The position numbers and the translations under genes are program-made. The notes under the pieces are model-generated. The model ran no database searches and was not told where the DNA came from. It was given only the letters and a program-made list of their open reading frames with translations. From Monocercomonoides exilis PA203 (lineage: Eukaryota > Protista > Preaxostyla), in contig LSRY02000040.1 of NCBI GenBank assembly GCA_001643675.2, positions 1 through 64,000 on the forward strand: 64,000 nt of DNA. Direction: 5' to 3'. Below, in pieces: positions 35,835 to 49,493 of this stretch. Numbering within the stretch: the stretch's first letter is position 1; each line of letters opens with the position of its first letter.

Positions 35835-36435
35835 AGAGAAAGAAGAGAAAAGTATTACACCAAAATATTTGCTTTGAGATAAGATGAAGAAAACGTTTGA
35901 ATTAATTTTGTCTTCAAAATACCAAAAAGATGTTCTGAAAAGGGGAATCTCCAGAGAGAAAAATGAATTGAGTGAACGAGAAGAAAAAGAAGCAGAAAGA
36001 TAAAATGAAAACGGGGACAATTAAATGAAGGGAAATATTTCTCCAGCATTTATAATTCTCCGGATGCGGTTCAAAAATGAAAACGCGTGGGGTTTTGAGG
36101 ATTTCAGTAGAAAAAGCAAAGGAGAAGAAAAAGGAGGAAAGGAAAAGGAGCAAAAGAAAAGGAGAAATAAATAATATTTCATCGCATAATTTGTTCAAAG
36201 AGGGATAGCGTTTTGATAGAGAAAAGAGAGATGGAGAGAAAAGATAATCCTTTTAAAGAGGACGAAAGAAGGGTGGGGAAATGAATGGAAATGAGGAGAA
36301 GGAAGAAAGGAAGGAAAATTTAAATGAAAAAGGATTAAGAGAAAAATAAGCAAAACGCATTTTCATATTTCAATCTGCCAAAGATCAAATCACTCTGGAA
36401 AATACATTTCTTTTCCTATTCCTCAACACCATCGC

Positions 36436-36533
36436 ATCATCTTCATCTTCATCTTCATCTTCATCTTCATCTTCATCTTCATCTTCATCTTCATCTTCAT
36501 CTTCATCTTCATCTTCATCTTCATCTTCATCTT
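36436..36533 (+). repeat. (CATCTT)n microsatellite
   Basis: Direct inspection. Confidence 0.95.
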
Positions 36534-36799
36534 CTCTTTTTCCTGCATTTAACTAAAAATTTGTAAAAAAAGACGAATTCTCAAGATTTAAGAAATGCTC
36601 GTTTTGTTCGACAAACTCTTTGAAAGAAAACGTTGCCAATTATAGACATTAAATGGAAGATGTTGGAAGTTTATTGACGGATAAGAAGCAAGTATCAAAG
36701 AAAAAGAAAGTGCATTTCAAAAGAAATTAGAGAAAATTAGAATCTGAGAGATAGAAGAAGAAGAAAAAATAAGAAAAAAAGACTTATTTGATGATAATG

Positions 36800-39700
36800 A
36801 TATTCCGATGAAACTGGAGGAGGAGAAATGGAAGGATCGATCAAACCAAATGCAGCCTCGAATGACAGCAACATGTTATTAAATGCCATCACCATCTCAC
36901 TCGAAACCTGTTTGTGCTGTGTTGAAGAAGCACATACATATGATGCATGACAAGATTTAGACTTCTCCTCCCTCCCTCTGTTGTGCCATCTCCTTGTGAA
37001 ACAGCATCACTTGCTGCCCATCCTCCAGTGGCAGCCCAGAGCAGATCGCCCTTTCCACCTCGTTCTACACAGCTGTAGCTCCACTAGCTCCACAACCAGC
37101 AGCACCATCCACAACAGCGCCCGCATCTATTCGTCAGGGGCTAGCTTCATCAGCGCAAAGTGACAGCTCACAGTCTTTACAACCGCAACGTTCTCAGACT
37201 TTGATAGAGGCTCTCGTCGGAAAGCAGCATCGCACACGTCCGGCAGCCGCTGGTACAGCTTGATAAAGTCGTTGTCCTCATATGCCCACAGTACCAACAC
37301 TTTATATGGCAGACAGCATCAAAACAGCCAGCACGCGTCTTAGAAGATCCTCAGGGACAGTGCTAATAGCGTCTGTGGATTGCACATGCAGAAGAGACCC
37401 CACTTCATCGTTCGCATTGCCTCAACAAGCCACACCCATTGACGATGATGTTGCTGAAGATGATGAAATCAGTGGATCTACACTGCATATCGCATCTGAC
37501 TGCGCATTCATCGCCTCTTTCAACCTCGCAGCTTCTTCCTCAGAAGTTCAGCTACAATCCAAGAAACGCATACGCTTCTGCCTCCCCCTTATCCGACTTA
37601 ATCTCTTCCAACTCCCCAAGAAACAACTTTATCTTCTTCCCCAATTCCCCTTCAAGCACAATGTTGATACACATCCGACACATCCGTAACGACATAGTCA
37701 AGAAGTCCTCTTTCTCTTTCATCGGCTACTGCTGCAACTCACCTTCAAACAGCACCGTGTTACAGTACAGGAAGTCATACAGCTCGCTTCCAGGAAACTC
37801 CTACGGCACATACCACCCAACTGCTACGCCTTCGCAAATTTTTTTCGGAACAGTTCCACCACGAAGATCATCTTCAACAGCACCACCTCCTTCTTCTATT
37901 TCTCCGAGCACTTCTCCCACAGCCGCATACACAAAAAATCCCCAAAACAACTGACTTGGAAGCACTCCATCTTCCCACCCAGCGCTGCCATCGCTCATAT
38001 CTGCTCATATCTTCTCCATATATTCTCTGGATCGTTGACAGCGTCCACGCCAGCTTCTATCGCAGTCCTGTCTTTAGCTACTGCTGACTCCGCTGAATCG
38101 GAATAGACGACTAATATTTGTGCGACATCCGATGCACATAAACCATTTCGTACGCCACTTGCCCCAGCACACCTTACACCGTGCTCATCAGCCGTTTCAT
38201 CTCCGTCTTCCCATTTGGCAAAGGAGCCCCGCCTGCCACAGACAACCCTGCCCCAGATCCACCAAAATGCTCAGCAGATCGCTCCGACTCTTCTCGGTCT
38301 CTGTTGTCTGTTGTCTGCTCAAGAAGCATGTACAGCCGCTGCACAATAATCTCCTTCCCCACCCCTTTTTCTTCACAATTTGGAACAACAGCTAGCATCC
38401 AGTCTTTTCACTCTTTCGTTAGATCTTCACACTGCGATTGAGGAAACCCATGCGGCGCGCTCTCATCTATTTCTTCTCCCTTTTCACCTTCCTCAGCTTC
38501 ATCGTATTTTCAGCCTCAACTTTTGTTCTTCCTCCTCCTCGCCACATCCTTCTCCTTCTCATCTTTTTCCTCTGCACCGCCTTCCTTGCCACCTCCAAAG
38601 TCCCCAAGCCCAACCTGCTCCTCCAGCTCATTCACCTACCCAACCAGGTGCCGCACCATCTCTTCATACGACGCCTTCATTTTCTTCTAATCCTGCTTCT
38701 ATTACGCAAGCGTTGTCTTCTGATTCTCAATCATCTCCTTGAACAGCGCCTTCTGCTCGTTTAATGTCTGCTACTGCACTTTCGGCAGCGCAATCAGCAT
38801 CTTCGTTTCCTTCTCCATCTTGTTCATCTTCTGCTGCACCGTTGCATCTTCTCTTCCACCACCTCCCTGATTGCCTCCTCCACTTCCATTTGCCCCAACA
38901 CATTTCTTCTCCAATCTCTTGCTGATCCCGGATCTCGTTCCCTCACTTCCACCACCTCCTCAACCACAGCTGTTTGTTTTACTTACATTTATCGCGCTCC
39001 TCACTTTCACAGCAACAACCTTCCAAGAGGAGTACATCTCAAGCATCACAGCGCTACCACAACAATGCTCTCTGTAAACTTCTCCTTGTGCTTTTCACAC
39101 AGCCCCAACGATAGAATTAAGGAAGCCAAAGATGGAACCATCCCATTATACGCACAAATTAATGAAGAAGATATGGCAATTGTAACCACCGACCAGCTAG
39201 TTTCCACTTACCTTCCACACTCACAACTCCTCCTTGCTGAGCTCATCACTTCTTCTCCTTCACCTGCTTCATCTCCTTCACCTCCTTCACAATCTTCACC
39301 TCCTTCACCTCTGCGTTGTGTTTCTCTCTCAGATCCAGAATCTTCCTCTGATTCATCCAGATGATCTTGACCTTCTCCTGCAGCTGCTCTGCCAGCCCTC
39401 CCAGTCGCTTCGCCTCCTTTTCCTTTTCCAACTTCTTCTTCTTCTAATCTTTCTTCCAGCAAATTCAGCACTATCGCTGCAGGCGACAGAACCGCATCTT
39501 CCATCATCAGCCCCTCTGCCACACCGCCTCCAGCGCTTTCTCCGCAATCTCTCTCACTTCATTCACTACAACCATTCGCCTCCTCATTTTGTTGACCAGC
39601 TTTATCACTCCTCATGCCTCGACTGCTTCCATTGGTTCTCCAGCCATTCAATGGCCAATAAAGCCAGTGATGGATCAAGCGTATTGCAGATTGGCAGGAA

Positions 39701-40260
39701 CGCATCCACATCTACCGCTGTTAATATCTGCTTCTTCGACGACTTCTTTCTCGACAAGTCCTCAAGAAACGGGAGCAGAGCCAGAAGTGGAATGGAAAGC
39801 ACCACACATTGAGCGGGTACAGCACGTTCTGTTAGCTAAGCGCAGCAAGCCAACATTGAAACCTCGGAGTGCTTGCAGCAGTGATTGAAGTGATTGCGAA
39901 GATTGAAGCAACAACAGCCCAGCTGCCTCAGGCACGTCAATCCTCAGCCACCTCACGTTGTAGTGCAGTATTTTGTCTTAAGTGTGAGATGAAACCACAG
40001 CCGTTTCATTCGAAGAGTCGACTGCAGGTGCCAATTATGATATGATGAGCTGATCCCTTGGTGTATTGTTCTCTTCGCTTCAAAGCCTCCGAAATAGCAA
40101 AGGAAAATGGTATGTAATTTAAGTTGAAGATGAAGAAAATGAAAAAAGTTCATAGAGAAAAGATACCTGCTGAACTGCGCTGGCCACAAGACTCTTTTTC
40201 AGATTCACGATCATGTCTACCAACAACTCCATAGGAGACCCAAATATTACATCCACATGA
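36800..40260 (-). pseudogene. Large decayed coding-like region, product unrecognised
   Basis: Raised GC and a chain of Glu/Lys-rich minus-strand ORF fragments broken by stops and frameshifts. Confidence 0.45.
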
Positions 40261-41139
40261 AGCTCTTTAACGTAGCACACACAGAAAATTCAAAGTTTTC
40301 AAAAGATATGAATAGATGAAACAGGTTTTCTTTATGCGATGAATTGAAAGAAAATAAAAAAAAACTGATAAAAGGTGTATGAAGAAACGAAAGAAGCAAA
40401 GAATACAATTATCTATTTGAATTTGAAAATGATAAACTTATTCTTTTTCGTGTTTTCAATGTTGTGATTTTCGAACGGAAAATTTCGTGTTGTCTTTGAT
40501 TTTTTAAAAATCCAGCATAAGATGTTTTTCATTAACAACTATTTGAATGGCATATGAATATTTTTTGTATGAAATAGAAATTTTTTCAATCATCAAAAAT
40601 GAAAAGAAAAATATAGCAAAACAAGAAACTATTTCATTATTTGTTTTCCAACAAAGAAAACTGTATAAAAATTTATCTGTGTTCAAAAAATCAAAATTTA
40701 CATTCAAATGTTTATATTAAAAAGAAAATTAAACAGAACAATAACAAAGTTTGATGCAAATAATTTTTGAAAAAAATAATTGTTTGCTAAACGTTTATGG
40801 GAAAAAACAAAGAGAAATAACATATCTGACTTATTGATGCTTAATAAATAATAATTTGAAAAAAAACCTCAACGGGAAATATTTTTCTATATTTTATGGG
40901 AATGGAATAATCACTTTTATGTTTCCATTTTGAAACAAATGAAACTTATTTTAGGTTCGAAACATGGTTGATCATTTTTGAAATCATTGCTTTTTCTTGG
41001 TGTTGTTTTTTCAAATGTTGTTTGTCTTTGGGATGAGATTATGAGGCAAGACCGCATTATATGGGAATGGCCTATTTTCTGTGAAAATAATATATGAGGA
41101 ATGTTAATAATATATATAATGTTTTCATGCATCAGAGAT

Positions 41140-42402
41140 GTGCGGAAGTTGACAAAAAAGTCAAAAACAAAAAATGAAAAATTGAGGAAAAAATGGGTGA
41201 ACGAATTTTCAAAAATAAGAAGTTCAAAAAAAAATAATTAATCAACTTCCATGGGGTCAAATTCTGATGCACTTGCACCGTCCCCAGCTCCAAGTGAATC
41301 TGATTTTTCAAATTCTGTCATTTGAAGAATGTCATTTTCATCTAATATATCAGATTCTAGCTTTGATTCTGTCGAGTCACTTTCTTCACTTTCAGATTCT
41401 TCCAATTCGTTTTCTTTTTCCGTTAAATCGAAGACGATTTCTTTTATTAATTCCTCAAATTGAATTTACAAATTTCTTCTGACCAGCCACATAGATAAAT
41501 AGTCCCCAAGATACTTTTCTCTGCATCCAGTTCTTGGAAAAAATTTCCGTAAATTCATCCACAGACCTTCGACAGTGTTTGTTCATGCATGTGTGATTTT
41601 GTTTTTGAATTCTCGCTTGTGACAGACAGTATCATGAGCGTAACCATAATCTTTCAATCTGGCATAATCCCTCCATTCATCGCTCATAATCCGAGTTCCA
41701 GGAAGAATTTTGTCTCGTATTATTGGAACCAATGTCCCAGCCTTCCTATTTGGCACAATCATCACAAAGTTCTTTCCCGCACCTCCCTCTGGTTTCCTTT
41801 CCACAGCTCCAAATATCCAAATTTGTCTTTTCTTTTTCCCTCGCCCATACTTTCTGCGCCTCCAAACCGCTTCGTCGATCTCCACAATTCTTCCCGGCCC
41901 TCCAATGACAGCTTGATTTTTGTTCCAAATAGATGTGCATCTGACTCGGATAACACTCGTCCAATAATGAATTGTGTTTTCACTTATTCCAAGCAGTTCA
42001 CAAATGTGTGCGGCTGATATACCAATGTAATAATATAAAACAATCATCAAAAACTTTCTCAGCGGTATTTTTGAATTTTCCAAAGATGTGTTTTTAAAAA
42101 CTGACTGTTTTTTGCCACATTTTCCGCATCTCCAATATTTGTAATATTTGCCTCCGGATGTGAATATCATTTTGCATTTATCATGTCTGCATTCAGGAGC
42201 TTCTCCTTCCAGCACATTTTCGAAATACCATTTCCAAGCACCCATTTCATCCGAAAATATATCGTTGAGTTCACAAATAGGTGTTTTTGTGAACATTCTT
42301 TGTGACAAAAACATTTGATGAATGTTTGATCAAACCCATAACAACTTGAAAATGACCTTTTTTCAAAAAATATAAATTATATTTTTTGACCACTTTCCGC
42401 AC
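41140..42402 (-). mobile_element. Merlin (IS1595/ISXO2-like) DNA transposon, inactivated
   Basis: ORF from 42314 has a zinc ribbon (C..C..WRCGKC), an HTH, IGGPGRIVEIDE, WIFGAVER, ILPGTRIMSDEW..Y and HDTVCH..F, then an in-frame TGA (41583-41585) before TNTVEGLW and a TAA (~41467) before IQFEELIKEI. Imperfect TIRs GTGCGGAAGTTGACAAAAAA (41140-41159) and TTTTTTGACCACTTTCCGCAC (42382-42402). No TSD seen. Confidence 0.92.
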
Positions 42403-42697
42403 GTTTTTTGGAGATTATAATTGCATTATAATTAATTATAAATCAAATAAAACTGAAATAAACTTGTTCCAGACGTTTCCATATCTTCAGGTCTTGCCGA
42501 TTATGAATTCAAATTGTTAATAAATAACAACTATTTCAAAAACGAATTGGGTGATTTTTTTTTGAAATCATTAAAAAAGATCAAAAATTGGAAATTAAAA
42601 AATAATTGTGGTCCATTTTGATCATTGAACAAAATTTTTATTAATTTATCGTTTGGTTTTTTTATCATGATATTGGTTTGTTTCATTCATATATATT

Positions 42698-42700
42698 CAA

Positions 42701-42737
<37 letters not shown>

Positions 42738-42775
42738 GAAAAGAAAAGAAAAAAAGAAAAAGAAAGAAAAAAAAA
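42698..42775 (+). repeat. Poly-A/(AAAAG)n tract
   Basis: Direct inspection. Confidence 0.9.
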
Positions 42776-45700
42776 CACACACCTTTATATATTAAGAGTG
42801 AAAAACAAATTATTGATCTAGTTTGATAAAAATAAACCAAAAATTAAAAAGTTTATTCAACAAACTCATCAGAAAGATAAAATAAAAGTTCTTTACCTGT
42901 AAAGTGAAGGTTATAAAAGAAAAAATATAGAAAGATGTGGTAAATATTTCTAAATTTTCGATAATCAAATTATTCTGTAAAAATAAATGAATTTTATATT
43001 TCTTCATTGGAAATGAAGTCACCAAGTTTTCGAAACAGCCATATAGCTCAACGGCTTCATCAAGCGTTAAACGAAATTGAAGATTATCAAATTACACTAT
43101 TAACAATATCTGACTTTATCTTAGCATCTCTTTCTCTTTTCCAGATCCATAGATCAAACAACTTCCTTCTATATCCTTCGCTCTTCTTCCTTCCCTTTCC
43201 ACTCTTCCTCATCCAAATCTTTTTTCGAATATGACTCTGATGTTGTAGGATTCTCCTTTCAGCACTTTTTCATAATTCTAATCACTGCGATCCTCGATAA
43301 CTCCAGCAGCTCCCGCAAATCTCCTCTTTAAACACGTTTTTCTTTTCACAAAGTTTTGCCTGTTCTGAGTGAACGAGAAAGTGGGTGAATGAGAAAGACG
43401 CAGAAGAGATATGTGTTTTGTGTTCGAGTCTCGTCTCGCTTCTGAGAAAGAGTCATTGTTCTCCTCATGAGAAGCACACTCAATAGAATAATTCTATTGT
43501 TGGGAACGAAAGAAAAGAAGCATTCAGTGATTAGGACGTTGACTTGTTTGTGTTTCTGGATGGATTCTTTGTAAATATGGCGTATGGAATATGTCCATTG
43601 CATAGAATAATTGTTTTGCGAATTGCAAAATGAGAAATGCGAGAGTGCGCACAAAGCAATTGGGCTTTAAAAGAAGGAACAGGACATAAAGTGGAAAAAA
43701 TTGTTTGTTCCGATTTATCGGTGTATTGGTGCTCTTGATGGTCAAAGATGAAGGAAGAAGTGGGAAGGATGTTGAGAAAGAAGAAGAGAAAGGAATGATT
43801 GGAGAGAGAATGGGAGTTGGAATGGTGATAATTGGACCCAGAATTGAGGGGACATTGTCAAAGAAGAGCAAAATAAGAAAAGCAATGAAGAAAGTGTTTG
43901 GTTAAGGAGGAAGTGTAAATTCAGTTAATTGCTTGAATATAGAGAATTTCAGCTTTCATCGGATCTTTTTCTGGATACAGTGCAAAAATTGTGAAGAATG
44001 TGTTTGCGAAGAGCGAAAATTGTGTGAATACTGTGAATGCAGATCGTTTTGCATTTGATTTAACAGAAAAAAGCTATTTCCCATTCAAATAAGACAAAAC
44101 GACGATTTCTTCAACGGCTGAAGAAGAAAAGACCGTTGATTTATGCAAACTCCTTCGCTCTACCACCACAATTCCTCTGTCTTTCAAGTATTCTTCTTTC
44201 TTCTCCCAAATCCATTCTCTCTTCTTCACTTTCACTCCAGAATCAAAACTTTGTTTCTTTGCGTCTTCTTAACAAGCGCTGTCTCAGCTTCTGCTCTATG
44301 TTTCGCTTCCTTTCCATATGCTTCATCTTCTTGGAGATAAAAGAATTAGTTGTTTTTCCCAGCTTTCATAAAGTTTCTGTATCTTTCTCTTCATACACAA
44401 CCATAACATCACCACAAACAGGTAAATAATCTCTCATCAAAAGCTCGGATTCCTTCCACTTTTCTGTATCTTTGCAAGCTCGTCCACTCGCCTAACTTCC
44501 ATTAACACTTTCGCCAGTTCTCTTCCTCTTCTTCCTTAAAAAATACTCACTTCTTTTCTTGCATCATCTGATTTTCTGTTTTTTCTTTTGTTTTCTATCA
44601 ATCTATCAGTCTTTGAGTTAATTGTGTTTCTCATCGCAAAATCTGTTTCAACGCGTTCGAAATTTGCAAATGCGGCTTCCTCTCCTCCTTCAAAATCTTT
44701 TCTCTTCTTTCTAATTTTTTTCAAACTCGTCCAATTCTTCTTTCGTTGACTGAGTTCTTTTCAAAAGTTCCTTCTCTTGCAGCTCAAGTGCCGAAATCAA
44801 CATTGAATTTGACACAACTCTCATTCAATATTTGAAAATGCAATTGCTTCCCCTCTTTAATCGTCTACTTCCTCTTTCTCTTGCTCATCATTTTCTTTCA
44901 TTTTGGCTTCACCCCCATTTCACTATCTCCTCATCATCGCTCTCATCTCTCCCTATGGCAACTGTATCTTTCACTAAACAAGCTACTCGCTTTGATGATC
45001 AAAACAGATATCCTTCCACTCTTCTTCCAAACCTTCCATCTTGTCTTTCATTTCCTTCGACTCTCATCATCAGCAATAATTCAATAGTGACACGCCTAGT
45101 TCTTCCCTCCCTTGTGGAGTTTGACATGTACTGAATACTTTATCATTTCGCTTCCCTTTCATCTGCTCTGGCCCATGTTCGTTCTCAAAGCAGTTTGGGC
45201 AGCACATCTCTTCTCCTCCTGAGTTGTAGACAAGTTCTGTTCGTTTGCTTGCAACGTTGGCACCGACAATCAGAGAGAATTCAGATTATGACATAAGTTG
45301 AGGGTTTGAAGAAGAAGAAGAGGAGAGTACAGAAGGTGAAAAAAATGGAGAAGAATAAAAGGAATGGAATGAAAGAGAATGTTCAAATTGCTGAGGAATT
45401 GAATATCCGCTCTTTCAAATACAATTCTGAAAGCAGAAAGCTGTATTTGAGATTGAGAATGGGGTTTGGTGACTACGATAGGGCTGCTCAACTATACTCG
45501 ATGGATTGTATTGAGCTGCGTCTGTGCTGTCCTGCCTCCTTTTTGAGCCAGGAGCTGCATGTGTACTTATGGCTGTGAGCGTCACGAATGATTGCAAGAT
45601 CGGTGCTGCTAAGCATTGATGATGAGGCAATCTATGGAGTCGGCTGCGAAGGTGAGTGCAGGAAAGAATGGAGTCGAGACATAGTGCTTTAACGACCTTG

Positions 45701-45893
45701 TGCGTGAGGAGAAGCTCAACATGAACACCATTTAATCTTCTTTTTTTTAAGCTCCTTCGTTGCATTCACCAATTCTTCATCTTCCTCTTTCGCTTGACCC
45801 AATAAAGACTTCAATTGAGAGATCTGTCAGCAGTATTTCCCTCATTCAGCAGCTTCACGCAAACTTTAAAGCGGAAATGAGGGACGGAATAAC

Positions 45894-46027
45894 TTCTCCT
45901 TCTCATTCTCCTTCTCCTTCTCCTTCTCCTTCTCCTTCTCCTTCTCCTTCTCCTTCTCCTTCTCCTTCTCCTTCTCCTTCTCCTTCTCCTTCTCCTTCTC
46001 CTTCTCCTTCTCCTTCTCCTTCTCCTT
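45894..46027 (+). repeat. (TCTCCT)n microsatellite
   Basis: Direct inspection. Confidence 0.95.
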
Positions 46028-46248
46028 CCCCTTTGCCTTTGCCTTCCCATTCCCATTCTTTTTTTTTCCTGTTGCTGCCTTTGCATGTCTTGTATCGAAA
46101 GCGTTAATTTGCGATGTGCAAAACTCACCATTCTCATTCGTCCTCTTCTTTGTCTTTGGATCTTCATGCTGTTTCCCTTTCCTCTGCTCCGCGCTCAATT
46201 TGCTTCTGAAATCAACCTTCGTTGCATCTTCCAATTTAATGCACTCTC

Positions 46249-46287
<39 letters not shown>

Positions 46288-49200
46288 TCCTTGGCAGTAT
46301 CACAAAGCGAGAGTATGAGTGCGATATTGCTGTCAGCTCCTTCCCTCCCACTACCATTTCTCTTTCTATTCCCATTCAGCTTATTCTGCACAGCCTGCGC
46401 ATGGATTTCGTTCGAAAAGCTGAAGCAGAGTTGGATGTACTGTAACGGAAAAGAAAAGCTGTTCAAATGCCCATCCAGCGAAGTCACGAAATGCATTGAC
46501 AGTGAGGATGATACTGTTGGGAGTAGGAAAATTGAATGAAATAATTTTTGGAAGGTGCAATCAAGCCGCTGATTGAACAGCTCACATGCATCTGAAGGTC
46601 GATGGTCCGTTCTGATACGAAGTTAAAGGAAATATAACAGAAGAAGAAGGTGAAGAAGAAGAAGAAGGCGAGAGGATTGAGAAATGTGAAATCAGTCGAA
46701 TGATATTTCCAAAGAAAAATATGAAAAGTTCCTATGATGTTGCTGACTGATGAAATATCATATTTAACAAGTTGATTATACAAGGAGATAATAATCCAAA
46801 TTGCAATATTTTTGACAGATACTTTCAAGCAATATAATAGAATTGCATTCCATCAAAGTCAATTGACTACCTTTTTGTAAGAGCCCTGTCTTTCCCTTTG
46901 CAAACTGAAAATGATGCTGTTTTGTCAGCTCCAAAAATACAAATGAATCAAATGCCTAATGATGATATCAGGAAAGAAGACAAAGACAAAGATAAAGAGG
47001 AAACATCAAAGAAGAAGAAGGAGAAGGAGAAGGAGACGAAGATGAAGGAAAAGAAAAAGAAACAGTTGAGAAATGTGAAATCAGTCGAAAGATATTTATG
47101 ATGTCGAGCATAATTTGTTTGAAGTCGTTTATTGGACCAAATATTTTATTCTGTGAGTTGATTTCATATATGGAAACACAATCGTAATCACAATATTTGT
47201 GGAAGTCGGACCGAAATTAATTGATGAATAATGACATCCTCAGTTCGTTGTCTGCATTTTTGCAATTGTGATGCCCTTCAGTTAGAAACAAAAAATGATA
47301 ATATTTCTCAATTTCTTTTCTTTTCCATTTCCATCTTCCATTCAGTTCACAAAATCATCAGAAAATGTCAATCCCCTCCTTTTTTTCATCTTTCGCAGTC
47401 TCTTCCATAAAGCATTCTTCTCCTCTCATTAAAAATACCCCTCTTCTATTTGAATATTTCTCAATTTTCCTCTTCAAACAAACTTTTGCCCTCTTTTCTT
47501 TCTCTTCAAAATCCATTTCTCCCATCAACAATATACACCTTCCTCACCATCCCCAACCACTTCTCTATATTTTTGCTACATTTTCTTCTATAAATCTCCA
47601 CCTGTTCCTTCCCCATCTTTTTGTCTCAGAATTTCTTTCATTCAAAAACCCCTCTCGAAATATTAACATTTCAAAAAACACTCAACCTTCACCCCCTGCT
47701 ACAAAAAATATGCTTCCATCTCTTCTCTGCCCCATATCCCTCATGTGCAGGGCGTTGAAAAGATAAACATCAAATACTTCTTTTGGTGGTTGAGAATATT
47801 ATTAAAGGAGATGATCATGACAAAAACAGAAAAAAACACCTCTGCACATCCATCACAATGTGTACGGGCTGAGAAAACCCTCCAGTGAGATGTACAATAT
47901 ATTTAGTGGAGATGCAATTCTTGTTGTAATTTAACCACTCAGAAGCTGAAATGAAGAGATTGAATTATTTTTTGAATGATGATGGATGTGGAAATGAGGC
48001 TGCTTGGCAAAATACAGTCGAAGGGCAGTTTGGCCTTTATTTATTTTTCTATATATGAATATTTATCCGTTGACTGTTTTTGTGTTCCTTTCAGGGCAGG
48101 AGGTGGAAATGAATGAAAATGAACGAAATGTTTATATCTCGTTGTGCAGGGTGGCCATTGAGTTGGGAGAGCGAATTCATATGGAAAGTGCCCAGGATGA
48201 AGGGATTGGGAAAGAAATTTGGATGATATTTACAGACGAAAAACAAGGATATTTTTCAATGAGAAAGATGAAATTGAAGAAAATACATGAATTTCACATT
48301 TTTCAGAAAAGAGGGAAATCGATGCATTTGATGGAGAAACAGCTGATGGAAAGGATGATTTGCGAATCAGATGATGAAACACTTGAAAAAGGAAGGAATT
48401 ATGAAATTGGATTGTTAAAAACAATTACCAATTCAATATAAAGCAGAAAATTGCTTATAAAAATGTTCTGAAGGTTTGCTGTCGTTATTTATTTTGAAGT
48501 GATTATTATTTTTTTCATTCAGGATGTTGAAAAAGTGAAGGATTATATGGCTTTGAAGAAGAAGAAGAAAAGTGGGGAAGGAAGAATAAAGACGGACAGA
48601 TGAAATGCGAGATATTTCGAAGATGCCTGGCGTTGGGCATTGGCAAAGAATTATTTTTGAGGAAAGATGATTTAAGAGAAAAAATGGAAGTGAAAGAAGA
48701 AAAGATGGAATGAAAAAGAGATTGACACGTGCTTTGTATTTTTTGTTGGAGAGAGAGAAAGAGATTGAGCTGAAAGTGAAAAGGATTCAGATGTTTCTCC
48801 TCTGCAGAAGAAAAATGAACATAAGACGGGAATTTCAATGAATTTCTCCGTTGATATTTATTGGATCTCATCTCTCATTTTTCAACAATAAATCGTCTTA
48901 TTCAATCCATTCGTCATCATGATCTTCTTCTTCTTAAAATACATCAACATTTCACGCATCGGCTTCTATATTATCATCATTCACTTCATCTGATTGGATT
49001 TCTTCACATTTGATATCTGCATCAGAGATAATGAATGAAATGAAGAAAAAGATGAACTTTTGTAGCTGAAGGAATTCATAAACTAAAATAAGAGTTAGAA
49101 GGTGAAAGAAGAGGAGAAAGAAGAGGAAAAAGAGAATGAAGAGCATGCTTTGAGAGGAGAATTGAAAAGGAAATGGAATTGAGAAAATAGAAGAGGTTTT

Positions 49201-49493
49201 TTAAATGAAAGGAAGAATATTTGGAAGTAGAGTGGATTAGAGTTGGAAGTGAATTTGAAAGGAGAAGAAAGAACTGTCAAAACAAAGAAATGTATTTGGA
49301 TGAGCAGTGGAAGATGTTCGAGAAGCGAAAAAAATTGAAAAGCAGAACAACAAAGAAGACAATACGATGAATTACAGAAGAAATCTAAAGTTATGAAAAA
49401 ATAATTAAAGAAGGAGTGAGAGGAGAGCCGATGATAAAGAAAGCAAAAATGAGAGAAAGCCAGCTGTTGAAAGTCTGATAATCTGCAGTTTTA

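Noticed and set aside
26532-46445. Poly-K/R/E/S/P ORFs (26532, 31161, 31258, 45760-46375 and others)
   Set aside because: Microsatellite translations with no domain signal.
46677-47097. ~32-bp direct repeat TTGAGAAATGTGAAATCAGTCGAA-GATATTT (46677 and 47066)
   Set aside because: Only two copies, each after a purine run. This is a local duplication, not a CRISPR or LTR.
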